Origin: Anolis carolinensis
Lineage: Eukaryota
Assembly (NCBI RefSeq): GCF_035594765.1
Contig: NC_085842.1
Span: forward strand, 117,193,036-117,257,035
Direction: 5' to 3'
Length of the DNA: 64,000 bases
A program made the translations under genes and the position numbers. The notes beneath the pieces were generated by a model that was given only the letters and a program-made list of their open reading frames with translations, searched no databases and was not told the DNA's origin. This document shows positions 1 through 12,285 of this stretch, in pieces (the stretch's first letter is position 1; every line of letters begins with the position of its first letter).

Positions 1-1289
1 GAAACAATTCAACGTGGGCAAATCTGTCAGATCCCATCGCATGTGTTTTTCAGTATTAACAAAGGTTCTGGTGAGTACCAGGGGCCTGTGTTCTGAACCT
101 CCTCCTTTCAGCACGCTTCAGCTCCATTTCAAGGATAAAAGAAAAGAGATGACGACCAGATGTAGGCAAACATCATCTGATGGGTTCCGTGCCACTTTGT
201 TCCTGGAATTGACCAAAAAGGGTTCTACAATGGGGAAAATGCTTCCTGTGATGAGGTCCGAAGTCAGGAAAAGAAACCTTAGGCCCAGAGGCTGAATCTG
301 GTTCTTCTCATGTACCAGCTTTCTGAGCTTCTCCAGGATACTACATACTCTTCCTCATGACACCAATGCCTAGCAGTTTCAGAGCTTTTTGTATGCTTCT
401 CCTCTGCCCCTTTCTAAGTGGTTTAAATGCTTGCAGCGAATGTTTTTAAACATAACTGTTATTTTTGACCACCCTCCCCTTATGAAATGTGGTTTCCAAT
501 AACTTGTTTGAAATTGGACCTCAGGCTGAAAATGTTCCTCTACCTTTCATTCAGGTCTTCTGAAAGTTGTTCTCTAACTAGAAGACCCTACAGGGAGAAT
601 CAATAAAATACTCGGAAATGAGTGTGTGGAGAAACAACAAAGTAGCAATAGAGTGAAAAAAAATTATAGCTTGTGGTCAGCTTATGTTCCATAATAAATT
701 GTTTAAAGTGATACAGAACATGTCTACGCCCTTAAAAACTAAATTAAAACATTTCCTACCATGGGTTAGTTTTCCACTTGTGAAAAATTATTTATTTTTT
801 GTATGAAGAAGTATCCAAGATTAGTTTCATACTTGGAGCCTGAATGGTATCATGCATCTCAATATTCTGCTGCCTGTGTAAATCTAGCATAAGAATATGA
901 ATGCAGAAATAATTTAAAAACTGTGTGTCTGCAAGCGAATAAGATCATTGTACCAGTGGCTGGCTATGATGGATATCTTTTTTAACAAATTTGCTAGGAA
1001 CTTTAGAATGAATGTATCTGAAGAAACACCAGAGAAAGATGAAGAAAGAGACATTATGAAAGGTACAAGAGGAGAAATTAATTGGCTTGGCAATTGATAC
1101 AATGATGTTATTTAAACTGGGATTAGCTGTTTGCGAACTGCTTATTTACGTGTTTAACTTGATTGATTTTTCATGGCTTTTGCTTGAGATGAAATGATGT
1201 CAGTGTTTAAAGCAGACAAGGGACTGATTGATTTTAATTTTTGGTTCCACTTTATCAGAGGTTGGATTTACATTGCAAAGTAATGCAGT

Positions 1290-1420
1290 TATCCAGCACA
1301 TGGTCAGTGGAAACTCATATTTATGCAAGTCAGTGCAGTTAAACTGCACTATATGAGTCTTCTACACTGACCATATAATGCAGTTTCAAACTGTATTATA
1401 TGGCAGTGTAGATGAGGCTC
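1290..1420. mobile_element. Degenerate palindromic MITE fragment (Harbinger-like)
   Basis: Internal inverted repeat ctacactgaccatataatgcagttt / aaactgtattatatggcagtgtag; the same motif family recurs at 13924, 15608, 36560 and 48720. Confidence 0.5.
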
Positions 1421-1645
1421 AAGCCTTAGAGATTTAAAGCTATGACAGCTTTCCCTGCCAAAGTGGCTGCCTCCTTTCCTTGCAGAAGTTGCCCTGTCCA
1501 TCCAGAATCTACAACTGATCCGTACAACATTTAAGAACATTCTGTGACAGCAACTCTGCCAATGATTGGTGTGAAGGATGTTGGCCGACTCCGCAGCTGG
1601 TTTGAAATAGCCCTGAATTTTGTGTTCTGTGGAAATAGGCTCATA

Positions 1646-1715
1646 TTTATTTATTTATTTGCCATATTTATACCCCACCCTTCTCACCCTGAAGGGGACT
1701 CAGAGTGGCTCATAT
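1646..1715 (-). mobile_element. 3' tail of an L2 LINE or L2-tailed SINE
   Basis: Reverse complement reads ...ctgagtccccttcagggtgagaagggtggggtataaat...(aaat)n, matching the L2 3' end at 21640-21718. Confidence 0.7.
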
Positions 1716-1924
1716 AGATATAGATATAGATATGTGTGTGTGTATCCCTTAGTGGAACTATTATTAGCCAAATTGGGGGCGAGGCATTTTATACGAAAAT
1801 TAACAAAAGAGTAATTAGCAGAGAAGGATTAAATAGCCCCCCTTTCTCTTGCTTCCTGTATTGTCAATCCTGTATTTCAAAGTCCTTCCCCCACCCCACC
1901 CCAAAACAGAACTGCACATAATGA

Positions 1925-2140
1925 ATGTGTCATTCTTCCCAACTTAGAAAACAAAATGCTTTTCCCAATAAAAATTATTTGGGCTCCAATTGTATCTTTG
2001 ATTGAACATTTTCTTGCCATATTTTTGTACCTTGTCCCAGAATTCTCTTGCTTTTTTACAAGCCCTTCACAAATTCTCTAAGGTCATAGCACAAAATTTT
2101 CTTTAAGCCAATAGTCCACATTTTCCCCATTCATCTAAAC
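1925..2140 (-). mobile_element. Degenerate L1 ORF2 C-terminal fragment (inverted segment)
   Basis: Minus strand encodes EWGKMWTIGLK..LCYDLRE and CKKAREFWDKV, typical of the L1 ORF2 Cys-rich C-terminal region. Confidence 0.55.
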
Positions 2141-2180
2141 AAACAAAATCGTTAAATCACAAAGTGTTGAACATGATAAC

Positions 2181-3692
2181 TTCTTCTTCAATCACTCAGT
2201 CGTTTCCGAATCTTCGTGACCTCATGGACCAGTCCACGCCAGAGCTCCCTGTCGGCCATCACTGCCCCCAGCTCCTTCAAGGTCAAGCCAGCCACTTCAA
2301 GGATACCATCTATCCAACTTGCCCTTGATCGGCTTCTCTTCCTTTTTCCTTCCATTTTTCCCAGCATCATGATCTTTTCCAAGCTTTCCTGTCTTCTCAT
2401 GATGTGGCCAAAATACTTCAACTTTGCCTCTAATATCCTTCCCTCCAGTGAGCAGTCGGGCATTATTTCATGGAGGATGGACTGGTTGGATCTTCTTGCG
2501 GTCCAAGGCACTCTCAGGATTTTCCTCCAGCACCAGAGTTCAAAAGCGTCTATCTTCCTTTGCTCAGCCTTCCTTATGGTCCAGCTCTCGCACTCATAGG
2601 TTACTATGGGGAATACCATTGCTTTAACTATGCGGACCTTGGTTGCCAGTGTGATGTCTCTACTTTTCAGTATTTTATCAAGGTTAGGCATTGCTCTCCT
2701 CCCAAGAAGTAGGCGTCTTCTGATTTCCTGGCTGCAGTCTGCATCTGCAGTGATCTTCACGCCTAGAAATATAAAGTCTGTCACTGCCTCCACATTTTCT
2801 ATTTCTATTTGCCAGTTATCAATCAGTCTGGTTGCCATAATCTTGTTTTTCTTGATGTTGAACTGCAACCCAGCTTTTGCACTTTCTTCTTTCACCTTGG
2901 TGATAAGGCTCCTCAGCTCCTCCTCACTTTCAGCCATCAGAGTGGTATCATCTGCATGCCTAAGGTTGTTAATGTTTCTTCCAGCAATTTTAACTCCAGC
3001 CTTGGATTTGTCAAGCTCCGCATGTTGCATGATGTGTTCTGCGTACAACTTGAATAGGGAGGGTGAAAGTATGCAGCCCTGCCGCACTCCTTTCCCAATC
3101 TTGAACCAGTCTGTTGTTCCGTGGTCTGTTCTTACTGTTGCTACTTGGTTTTTATGCAGATTTCTCAGGAGACAGACAAGGTGACTTGGTATCCCCATGC
3201 CACCAAGAACATGCCACAGTTTATGATCCACACAGTTGAAGGCTTTAAAATAGTCAATAAAGCAGAAGTAGATGTTTTTCTGAAACACTCTGGCTTCCTC
3301 CATTATCCAGCCGATATTGGCAGTTTGGTCTCTCCTTCCTCTGCCTTTTCTAAACCCAGCTTGGACATCGGGCAACTCTCGCTCCATGTATTGTTGGAGT
3401 CTGCCTTGCAGAATCTTGAGCATTACCTTACCAGCATGGGAAATAAGTGCCACTGTATGGAAGTTTGAGCATTCTTTAGCATTTCCTTTTTTTGGTATGG
3501 AGATATAAATTGATTTTTTCCAGTCTGATGGCCTTTCCTGTATTTTCCATATTTGCTGGCATATGACATGCATCACCTTGACAGCATCATCTTTCAAGAT
3601 TTTAAACAACTCAGTTAGGATCCCTTCATTTCCTGCTGCCTTGTTATTTGCAATGCTTCTTAAGGCCCATTCAACCTCACTCCGCAGGATGC
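2181..3692 (-). mobile_element. 5'-truncated RTE-clade BovB LINE (RT domain to 3' end)
   Basis: About 500 codons of BovB-type ORF (QAGFRKGRG, FIDYFKAFN, GVRQGCILSP, HADD, FELWCWRKILRV), a (gaa)n tail, and a 10-bp TSD acatgataac at 2171-2180 and 3693-3702. Confidence 0.93.
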
Positions 3693-3900
3693 ACATGATA
3701 ACAGTAGCAAGGATATTATATACACCGTTTTGGAAGGAAGCAGAACTCTCAACAGTAAAAGAATGGATGGTTAAAGTCTTTAAGATAGCAGAAGTTGACA
3801 AATTAGCAATGATGAACAAAGAAAAAATACAAAAGAATCTTTTATCAAGAACCCAGAGCCATTTCTTAATTTTGTAAAAAAAAAAAAAAGGAAAGAAAGA
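3693..3900 (+). mobile_element. L1 ORF2 C-terminal/3' fragment, interrupted by the BovB
   Basis: MITVARILYTPFWKEAELSTVKEW..AEVDKL; it joins in frame to KVLNMIT at 2161-2180 once the BovB and one TSD copy are removed. Confidence 0.65.
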
Positions 3901-5309
3901 AAAGTTTTTATAAAAGGCTTCATAATTTAACCTGTTAGAATCTGTGTAGGGAATTATATATGAATATCTACAATGCAAGGGACAGGAAGTCACGAAATTG
4001 GGAAGGGTGGGAGGAGGGGAGAGTATAACCAAATACAAATATTGTATATATATTAGGAAGTATGGTATTGGCTCATGCATATCATGTATATAGATTTATT
4101 TCATTGTTTTTATGAATATTGTTTTTATGAACATACCTCAAAAAAGACAAAAAGGAAAACACAATGCTTGTTATTGATAAGATTGAGCTTTATCATATTT
4201 GGTACATTTGTTTGCTGACGCTCTGTCAGAATTTCAGTTCTCAGGAAATTCAGAACATTCAGAAAACTACATGCATTCCTGGAAATCATCTTTTGGGAAA
4301 TAGTGATGACATGTGCTTTGTTACTTTGGTGATTATAACAGTCATTTTCTTGTTCTTGCTTAATTGCTCCACCTGTGCCATTTCCATTTCCTTGCTTGGA
4401 GTGTTAAAATAAAAGGCCATGTTTTCCTCAGATGGTAGAGCCGCAGGAACCCTGGAATAAAAGACATCTCATAAAAGGAAACAAACTTCCTGTAGTCTTT
4501 GACCAGAGTACAACTCTCAAGTTGATGCCTTGTAACTTCTGGAAAACAAAAGGTCTTGATCTGGCAAGATGAGATGAAATTAGTCATATGTGAGTTCTTC
4601 TAACTCAAATAGGAGGTAATCTAATATACAATATAACATTCTTCCTTCACCAAATGACAGTTGCCTATTGTTCATCAAAGTGCATGGATTGAAAATTTAG
4701 AAATATTACATGTTATGTTAAGCCATAATTCTAAAAAAAATCTATAGCATGCTGATGTACACTGGCTAAGTACTTTTCCTCCAAAGAGAAGAAGCTGAAG
4801 AAAGGCTCTCAGGGCCCTTCTATACAATACCTAAAATGCGGAAGTTACCGAGTTAAAAAGTAGGGTGGCGAAATGACGCGAGCACTAAATCCATGCTCAT
4901 TTGCATTAACAGAGGAAAACACATGGTAAAAAAGTCTCCTTATATCCCAATTTTGGCCAGAAAATGTACATATTTGCATGACTCTATAACCCTGCAATCA
5001 TGCAAAACACATGCTTCCCTTCCTTCCCTCCCCCCTGTGGAGACTGACCAGTGCATTCCATTTTTTAAAAAGCCTGAAACAGCTGATCAGCCGACACACA
5101 GCTGGTTTAAAGGAAGCACAAATGGATACCAATTAGAACTCTCTGAAACTCTTTAGTTCACAGTTTATAATATTAAACAGAACTTGCATTAAGAATTGGG
5201 GGAGGATATAAGAAATGTGCTTGTGTGTACATTGAGATATTTACATATGTACATATAAGGTTGTAGCACATAACAAAGTGTTTTTTTTAAATAAAAAACC
5301 TTCTACTGG

Positions 5310-5310
<1 letters not shown>

Positions 5311-5369
<59 letters not shown>

Positions 5370-5579
5370 TTATTGTATGACACAGCAAACAAGATAGACA
5401 TGCTGGATTTCATATCACAAAATCACAAGTCGAACACTTCCCAAGCGTCTAGGACTGTGTGATGTATTTTCGGATGATGCGTGCAGATCCCAGTAGGGTA
5501 GCCTTTTGCAGTTGGCAGATCATAATTTTGTCAATGTCTATTATTTCCAAATGCCGGCTGAGATCTTTTGGCACGGCAC
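5311..5579 (-). mobile_element. R4/Dong-clade LINE 3' end with (TAA)n microsatellite
   Basis: Near-identical to 16200-16410; flanked by a long (tta)n array at 5311-5368. Confidence 0.85.
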
Positions 5580-6503
5580 TTTATTCCCCACTTTATCTCC
5601 CCAAAGGGGATTCAAAGTGGCTTGTCCCCCATCTGCCCTCTATCTTGTTCCAATACAGAGGAAGCCTGTGAAGATAGTGGGGGACTCATTCCCGGGGCTA
5701 ACAGGTCTGTGTGGAGAGTTTTTACCTCCCATTTTAAACCTAGATTTTGGCACTGCCTTGGAAGTACTTTCAGTCACAGGCTCTATATACACTGCGTTGA
5801 ACACTTTAGGCTAGTGTGGTTCAACGGAGAACAAATCTGGAAATGGTATGAAGCCCTGGGAGACCGCTTCTCAGGATCACCATGTGTGATCCCAGGGGGC
5901 AGTTCCCATAGTCATCCCACCTCTGCTGGCTCAGGCAAGCCAGGGAGGAGGAATGACAGTGCTTACCCCCCCCCCCCACACACACACACCCTTCTTCCCT
6001 TTTGCCCTGTACATACCAGGACAAGCCTCCATGTTTGCCTTCCTTTCCTGGCACTTTGACCAGATGCTTTAGAAAGTGAGGGAAATTCAAAAGCCCTCTG
6101 ACATCATTCTGGGCTCCAGGAAGTCAGGGAAGTACCCAAGCCTCCACCCAGAGGCTTGTCCTGATAAGTACAGGGCAAAAGGGAAGGTAGCGGGCCAGTG
6201 GCAATGCCCACCCATCCAACACTGGTTCGGCATGGGTGGGTGCCTGGCCACTCCCTTGCCAAAAAGGCATGGGTCCCCCCCCTCCGGTGTGGGAAGGCAA
6301 TGCATAGAGAACCGGAATTTAAAATTCTGGTTCTCTATGCATTTTTTGTAGGGTGGAAGGGTCTCGAGTTTCCTGAATTTCTTCACTGCATTTTTCCCTA
6401 ATATCATTTTAAACTGGCCTGCAAGAAGGATTTTGTGTTTCCTATTTGGTGTATTTGGTATGCAATTTTCCTAATAAATGTAATGTTTTCCCCTTGAATA
6501 TTA

Positions 6504-6906
6504 CCATGTTTCCCCGAAAATAAGATAGTGTCTTATATTAATTTTTACTCCCAAAGATGCGCTAAGTCTTATTTTCAGGGGATATATTATTTTTCCATGA
6601 AGAAGAATTCACATTTATTGTTGAACAAAAAAAATAACATTTATTATATACTGTACAGTAGTTCTCATCACAAACCAGCGTAATCAGACGAACTGTGAAT
6701 CCTATGAAAAATTTATTGTTACTACCATTATTTCCATGTACAACACTCAATGGTATGTACATTTATCAATACTGTGTGCTCTGGTGTTCTGTTCGGCAAA
6801 ACCTTTGCTAGGTCTTACTTTTGGGGGAGGCCTTATATTTAGCAATCCAGAAAAACCTTTACTAGGTCTTATTTTCTGGGGATGTCTTATTTTCGGGGAA
6901 ACAGGG
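6504..6906. mobile_element. Non-autonomous Tc1/mariner (pogo/Tigger-like) MITE
   Basis: TIRs ccatgtttccccgaaaataaga / tcttattttcggggaaacaggg, flanking TA dinucleotides, internal ctaggtctta repeats; second copy at 57464. Confidence 0.8.
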
Positions 6907-7970
6907 TATGCCTTTATACATATCTTTTTCCAATTATATACCTTTTTGTTCACAATTTATTTCTCAGAAATTCACTGTAATCCATGTGTATATGTATGTG
7001 CATGTGTCGTTGCGCACCTCAAGTTATCTATCGATTTAGCTTCCAATATCAGATTAGATTTGGAGCCTTTAAGGATATTTGGCTGTCTTGTAAGCCTTAT
7101 AAATGTATGAATGCTTATGGGGAAGTGTGTATTTTTTGCAGCAAGACCGGAAAGATGCAAACGTTCTGCTGTTATCAAGAGAATCAAGTTCAAACACTGA
7201 TATTAAAAAAATCTGTGTTTTATTTTGCTGATTCTCCTTGCACCAGAAATTATCAGGTAGCTTTTAGCTGTACATATGTTTGTCAACAGCAACCTAGAAC
7301 TCTAAAGATAAAGAGACCATTGCTAAAAGATTTTGGCTCACTGTGAGATGCAAATATGCCTGTGATGTTGAATTATGACTCTTCCTGGGAAACGTATATA
7401 CAAAATAAAAATAAAAACCAGAGGCATTCTAAAGGCTGCTAAAGTCTGTTTCGGGGGTTTCAGCCCCTCATCACTCACATCTTTCCCCCTTAAATTGTAC
7501 ATTGCACCCTCTAGTGGGTGCAATCAATTCAAGACATTTCCAACCCTTGTCCACATCACATGGTTTAGGATTGTGGTGGCCTTAGTTATTTTATTCCCCC
7601 AAAGGAGGAATAGCTGGTCTTTTAACTCAGGTTTTAAAGGACGGTTTTCACAGACTCTAAAATGTCAGTCTGGGGAACTGCATGAAACAAGCAATTGCAG
7701 TCCCCAAATGATAGAACTGTCTGTTAGAGCAAAAACAAAATCTTCACATTTTGGGTGACATGAGGATTTATGGGGAGCAGAGATGGCTCTCTGTAGTCCT
7801 GGAAAGTCAAATGGGACCCCAGGATCTCTCAGTGTTACACATAACTAGTTTCTTCAGTGTTGTACACATATTGTTGTGCATATGTGCTTAATTTTTCCAT
7901 TTAAACAAATAAAAATAATCCAAAATAACATAATACTATATAAAATTATTTATATAGGATTCTGTTAACT

Positions 7971-8298
7971 GGAGCCCCCGGTGTGCAGTGGGTTAAACTG
8001 CTGAGCTGCTGAACTTGCTGACGAAAGATCAGTGGTTTGAATCCAGGGAGCAGGGTGAGCTCCTGCTGTTAGCCCCAGCATCTGCCAACCTAGCAATTTG
8101 AAAACATGCAAATGTGAGTTGATCAATAGGTACCACTCCAGTGGGAAACTAATGGCACTCCATGCAGTCATACTGGCCACATGATCTTGGAGGTGTCTAT
8201 GGACAACACCAGCTCTTCGGCTTGGAAATGGAGATGAGCACCAACCCCCAGAGTTAGACATGACTAGACTTAATGTCAGGGGAAAACTTTTACCTTTC
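7971..8298 (+). mobile_element. Full-length Sauria-type SINE
   Basis: tRNA-like head ggagcccccggtg..., (accttt)-type tail, 11-bp TSD ttctgttaact (7960-7970 and 8299-8309). Confidence 0.85.
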
Positions 8299-8311
8299 TT
8301 CTGTTAACTAA

Positions 8312-8610
8312 ATCATAGAATCATTAGTGTTGGAAGAGACCTCAATTAAAGTACCAGTCCAATCCCCTCTCATGCAGGAATACACAATTAAAGCACTCCT
8401 GACAGATGGCTCTCCATTCTCTGTTTCCAAATCTCCAGAGAGGGAGAATCCACTAAAGCAGCATATTTCACTATTTATTAGCTCATACTATCAGGAAATT
8501 CTTCCTAATTTTCAGATGGGATCTCTTCCTGCAGTTTGAATGCATTGCTCCACGTCCTAGTTTCTAGAGCAACTGAAAACTCACCTGCTCCATCTTCACA
8601 ATGACATCCA
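8312..8610 (-). mobile_element. CR1 LINE 3' fragment
   Basis: Begins atcatagaatcattagtgttggaagagacc (reverse complement of the CR1 3' terminus), followed by degenerate CR1 ORF2 3' sequence. Confidence 0.75.
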
Positions 8611-9037
8611 AATAAAAATAAAAGAAAATACTGACAACCCAAGATGATAATAACTAGGAAAGATGGTCCAGTCCATTGAAATAACTAGCAAGCACAGGTG
8701 TGCCTAGCCTGATCCAAACTCCATCCCTGGGCTTGTTAGGTGGCAAATAGCACCATCTCTGTATTTCTGGCAATATGAGGTTTGCCCATGAATGGGACAT
8801 TCGTAGTAAAAAAAAAATGATGTGGGAAAGGTCACCAATCTTTTTGTTCCTAATCAGAGGAAGCGGTAAAGATATGGGTGTGCCAATACCATTTTTGAAT
8901 ATCTCCATTTCAGCAGAAGTTTCTCTGTTCTCTTGGGCATCAGAGACATTTGTTACTATCACCTTGCAGCACTAGATAATGGGTGGTTCAGTCTGGGATT
9001 CTATGGGAAGGTTTAAGCTTCCCACAGAAAAGTTCCT

Positions 9038-9202
9038 ATTGGTTGTTTTACCATTACATTTATCCTTTTTATTGTTATTTTATTGTTTTATCCCACTCCC
9101 ACCCTCCCCTCCTTGTACATGCAATTTATACAGCAAACTACAGAAGTTACATTTGAAATATCAAGTTCCTATTGGTTGTTTTACCATTACATTTATCCTT
9201 TT
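9038..9202. repeat. Short direct repeat (~40 bp, two copies)
   Basis: aagttcctattggttgttttaccattacatttatcctttt occurs at about 9030-9070 and 9162-9202. Confidence 0.75.
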
Positions 9203-9319
9203 GATACAGAAATAAAACATAACTTTTCCTCCATTGCTAATGTACCAATTCTTTCCTTTATTCAGAAATCTGAATACATGCTATGCTTGTCATAGGTGCT
9301 GGGGTTTGGCTTCAGAAAC

Positions 9320-9610
9320 CCTCACCTTCGTTTCCCACCACTTCTCTCATCACAAACTGACATCAGAGTTAAAATTCAATTCAGACAAGACAGATTGGGG
9401 AATAGTGCCAAGCTTAGAGAGCTCTGGTGTTTAACAAACCTTTTCTTAGTAAAGATTGTGATCAGTGGATTTGCTTGCAAGTCAAATGTCTTAAAGTGTC
9501 CACAGCCAAGCTTTGGGTTTCTTAATATGTGTGTGCCAAACTGTACTTTCTGAAGTTTTGGTTAATTTTTTTTTCATACCTAATGTGTAACAAAGAGATC
9601 TATGAGTATC
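9320..9610. repeat. Local duplication, copy 1 (partner at ~12000-12285)
   Basis: Collinear shared blocks acttctctcatcacaaactgacatcaga, ccaagcttagaga, agattgtgatcagtggattt, aatgtcttaaagtgt, taacaaagag. Confidence 0.75.
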
Positions 9611-9805
9611 TTGGGCTGCTTAAAACCCTCCTGGGTACCAAAATCCATGGATGCTCAAGTCATATTATATATGATGGCATAGTAAAATGGTGTCTCTTAT
9701 ATAAAATTTGCTTTCTGAATTTTCATTTTTTTGGGTGGTGGATATTTTTAGTTTTGGATGGTTAATCTGTGGAGGCAGACTTTGTGGAGACAATGTGCTG
9801 AATGC
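9610..9805 (+). mobile_element. Tigger/pogo-like MITE fragment
   Basis: ccaaaatccatggatgctcaagtcatattatatatgatggcatagtaaaatgg; the family recurs at 9960-10095 (-) and 40955-41180. Confidence 0.55.
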
Positions 9806-9959
9806 ATTTTGGAAATAAATTTTCTGTATATTCTATTACCTTTTAAGGAGCTATCCATGGTGCTAAGCTTAAGGTTATAAGAATATTCTTTTTAAGAGAA
9901 TATTTTTAAAGGACTTTGGAAAGTTTCTTTAATGTTGAGGTTAAAACCAGGAATAGACT

Positions 9960-10095
9960 TACCATTTTATATATAAGGGAAGCCATTTTACTATCTCATT
10001 GTATAAAATGGAACTTGAGCATCCACAGATGTTGATACCATGGGGTGGAGTAGGTGGGTGTGTGGGTGGGGGGGGGGCTGGAACTAAACCCCAAT
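9960..10095 (-). mobile_element. Tigger/pogo-like MITE fragment
   Basis: Reverse complement of the 9610 family (ccattttactatctcattgtataaaatggaacttgagcatccacagat). Confidence 0.5.
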
Positions 10096-10184
10096 AGAAA
10101 CAAAGAAAGTAATTATATTTTTTATGCATAGTAAATATGTTTCTATCCATTTACAGTGACATGCAAATAATACCCAATTTGTTA

Positions 10185-10262
10185 TTCATTGGTAGTCTCC
10201 CATCCAAATACTAACAGGGCTAATCCTGATTAGCTTCCAAGATCAGGCGGGATCTCGTGCTT
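10185..10262 (-). mobile_element. 5S rRNA-derived SINE head fragment
   Basis: Reverse complement gatcccgcctgatcttggaagctaatcagg...gttagtatttggatgggagac resembles the 5S rRNA internal promoter region but is diverged and partial. Confidence 0.65.
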
Positions 10263-10409
10263 TGAGAATTTGGCTTATCACATACAAATTGCAACATTTT
10301 ATTATAATGCATTGAATGCTAGCAGTATGCTTTTTAACAGATGCAACAAAAACAATTAATGGGAAATAAGAGGGCGTGTGTGTGGACTTTTAGCTCCTTT
10401 ACAGTACCA

Positions 10410-10552
10410 TAGCATGTTTTCGAACTGCTAGGTTGGCAGAAGCTGGAGCTAACAGCAGGCGCTCACTCCGCTGCCGGGATTTGAACCTGTGACCTTTTGG
10501 TCTGCAAGTTCAGCAGCTCAGTGCTTTAACACACTTCGCCATCGGGGCTCCC
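10410..10552 (-). mobile_element. Sauria-type SINE, 5' half
   Basis: Matches the reverse complement of 7971-8110. Confidence 0.8.
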
Positions 10553-10810
10553 ACACAAATGGGTAGAGGCAACACATGAGGTTGTAATGTCCCCTGTTTA
10601 TACAGCAGGGGGTGCTATGCAGATGCCCATCCGTCCACTGATCCGGCCCACCTGTGCATCCACTTCCACAAGCAGATAGCTGGAGAAATCTGTCTAAGGT
10701 CTGGAACTAGAAGGGTATAAAGCAGAAAAATAAAATTCAAGGCCCCAAGTTGTGACATAGCCAAAATGTGAATAGATCAAAACAACAACAAAATATATAG
10801 CCCCTGTTAG

Positions 10811-11050
10811 TTTTATTTATTTATTTATTTATTTATTTTACAGCATTTATATTCCGCCTTTCTCACCCCGAAGGGGACTCAAGGCGGATCACATTACACA
10901 TATAGGCAAACATTCAATGCCTTTTAACATAGAACAAAGACAAGACAAACATAGGCTCCAAGCGGGCCTCGAACTCATGACCTCCTGGTCAGAGTGATTC
11001 ATTGCAGCTGGTTGCAGCTGGCTTGCTCTCCAGCCTGCGCCACAGCCCGG
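10811..11050 (-). mobile_element. Short tRNA-head SINE with L2-type tail
   Basis: (ttta)n plus attccgcctttctcaccccgaaggggactc tail, B-box-like gagttcgaggccc on the minus strand; near-identical copy at 49797. Confidence 0.8.
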
Positions 11051-11410
11051 AGCCCTCGTTGCTGACCTAGCAACCCGAAAGATAGTTGCATCTATCAAGT
11101 AGGAAATAAGGTACCACTTATAAAAGTGGGGAGGCAAATTTAACTAATTTACAACGTTGGAATGAGGAAGTGAGGAAGTGCCATCAGAGTGGATGATGAA
11201 GCAGCTGCTCCCCCCTGTGGCCAGAATCGAACATCCCCTCAGGAGAAGGTTAAATTGCCTCTGCGTCTGTCTGTCTATCTGACTGTCTCTGTTCGATGTG
11301 TTTATGGGCATTGAACGTTTGCCTTATATGTACATAATGTGATCCGCCCTGAGTCCCCTTCGGGGTGAGAAGGGCGGAATATAAATACTGTAAATAAATA
11401 AATAAAAATA
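11051..11410 (+). mobile_element. 5'-truncated long SINE with L2-type tail (ACASINE-like)
   Basis: Body shared with 35808-36190 (reverse complement); ends gtgatccgccctgagtccccttcggggtgagaagggcggaatataaat...(aaat)n. Confidence 0.8.
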
Positions 11411-11999
11411 AGTGAGAAAGAGGAGTCAGGAGATGGAGAAAGAGTGTACATAGACTTAATTTTCCAAGGAGGGGACAAGGAGGAAACTAGGCAGTGAGTG
11501 AGTAGGATAAAAAGCCAGAAATTGCAGGAGGTTGGCATTGTGGAGGCTGCCTTGATTGATTGTCAGATGTAGGGATGTATGCTACTTCAAAATGTACCTC
11601 CAAATATAATTCCCAAGTTTATTACCTTACTTTGTTTCATAGCTAGGTCAGACATCTAGTTCTTGGTGTGCCTTAGAACCATTGACTGAGATAGCTGTAA
11701 TCTGGAACACTTAAGATACACAACCAGATGGCATTTTAATAATATCTCTCCTTTCTTGAGTTGAATATCAGTCATCCTCATTCCAGCCCCATATAAGTCT
11801 ACACTGAATACATAACAGAAATCAAGACAATCCTCCTATCATGCTGCCTCACTGAAGACAGATAGTCAGACAGCCTGCTTGCTAGCCAGCCAGGTTGCCT
11901 AAAGAGTTTTGCAATGTGCTTCCCATGTGAAATCTACAGGGTGTGTCAAAATAACATGAAAAAGTTGTGGGAGGTAAATCATCTTGAAAAGCTTTGCAT

Positions 12000-12285
12000 C
12001 ACCTCCCTTTCCCACAACTTCTCTCATCACAAACTGACATCAGAATTAGACTTCAGTCCAGACAAGACAGGTTGAAGAATAGCACCAAGCTTAGAGAAAC
12101 CCTGGTGTTTACCAAACTTTTCCTTAGCACAGATTGTGATCAGTGGATTTTCTTGCAAGTGAAATGTCTTAAAGTGTTCACTGCCAAGCTTTTGGGTTTG
12201 TGCCAAACCATTCTTTCTACAATGTTGGTTAATTTTGTTTTTATTTTGTACTTATATAATTCATAACAAAGAGTTCTATGAGAGT
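12000..12285. repeat. Local duplication, copy 2 (partner at ~9320-9610)
   Basis: Same collinear blocks as 9320-9610. Confidence 0.75.

Noticed and set aside
2188-4080. 630-aa ORF as a full protein or chimeric gene
   Set aside because: The N-terminal ~130 aa are antisense L1 and low-complexity flank beyond the BovB TSD; the open frame there is fortuitous.
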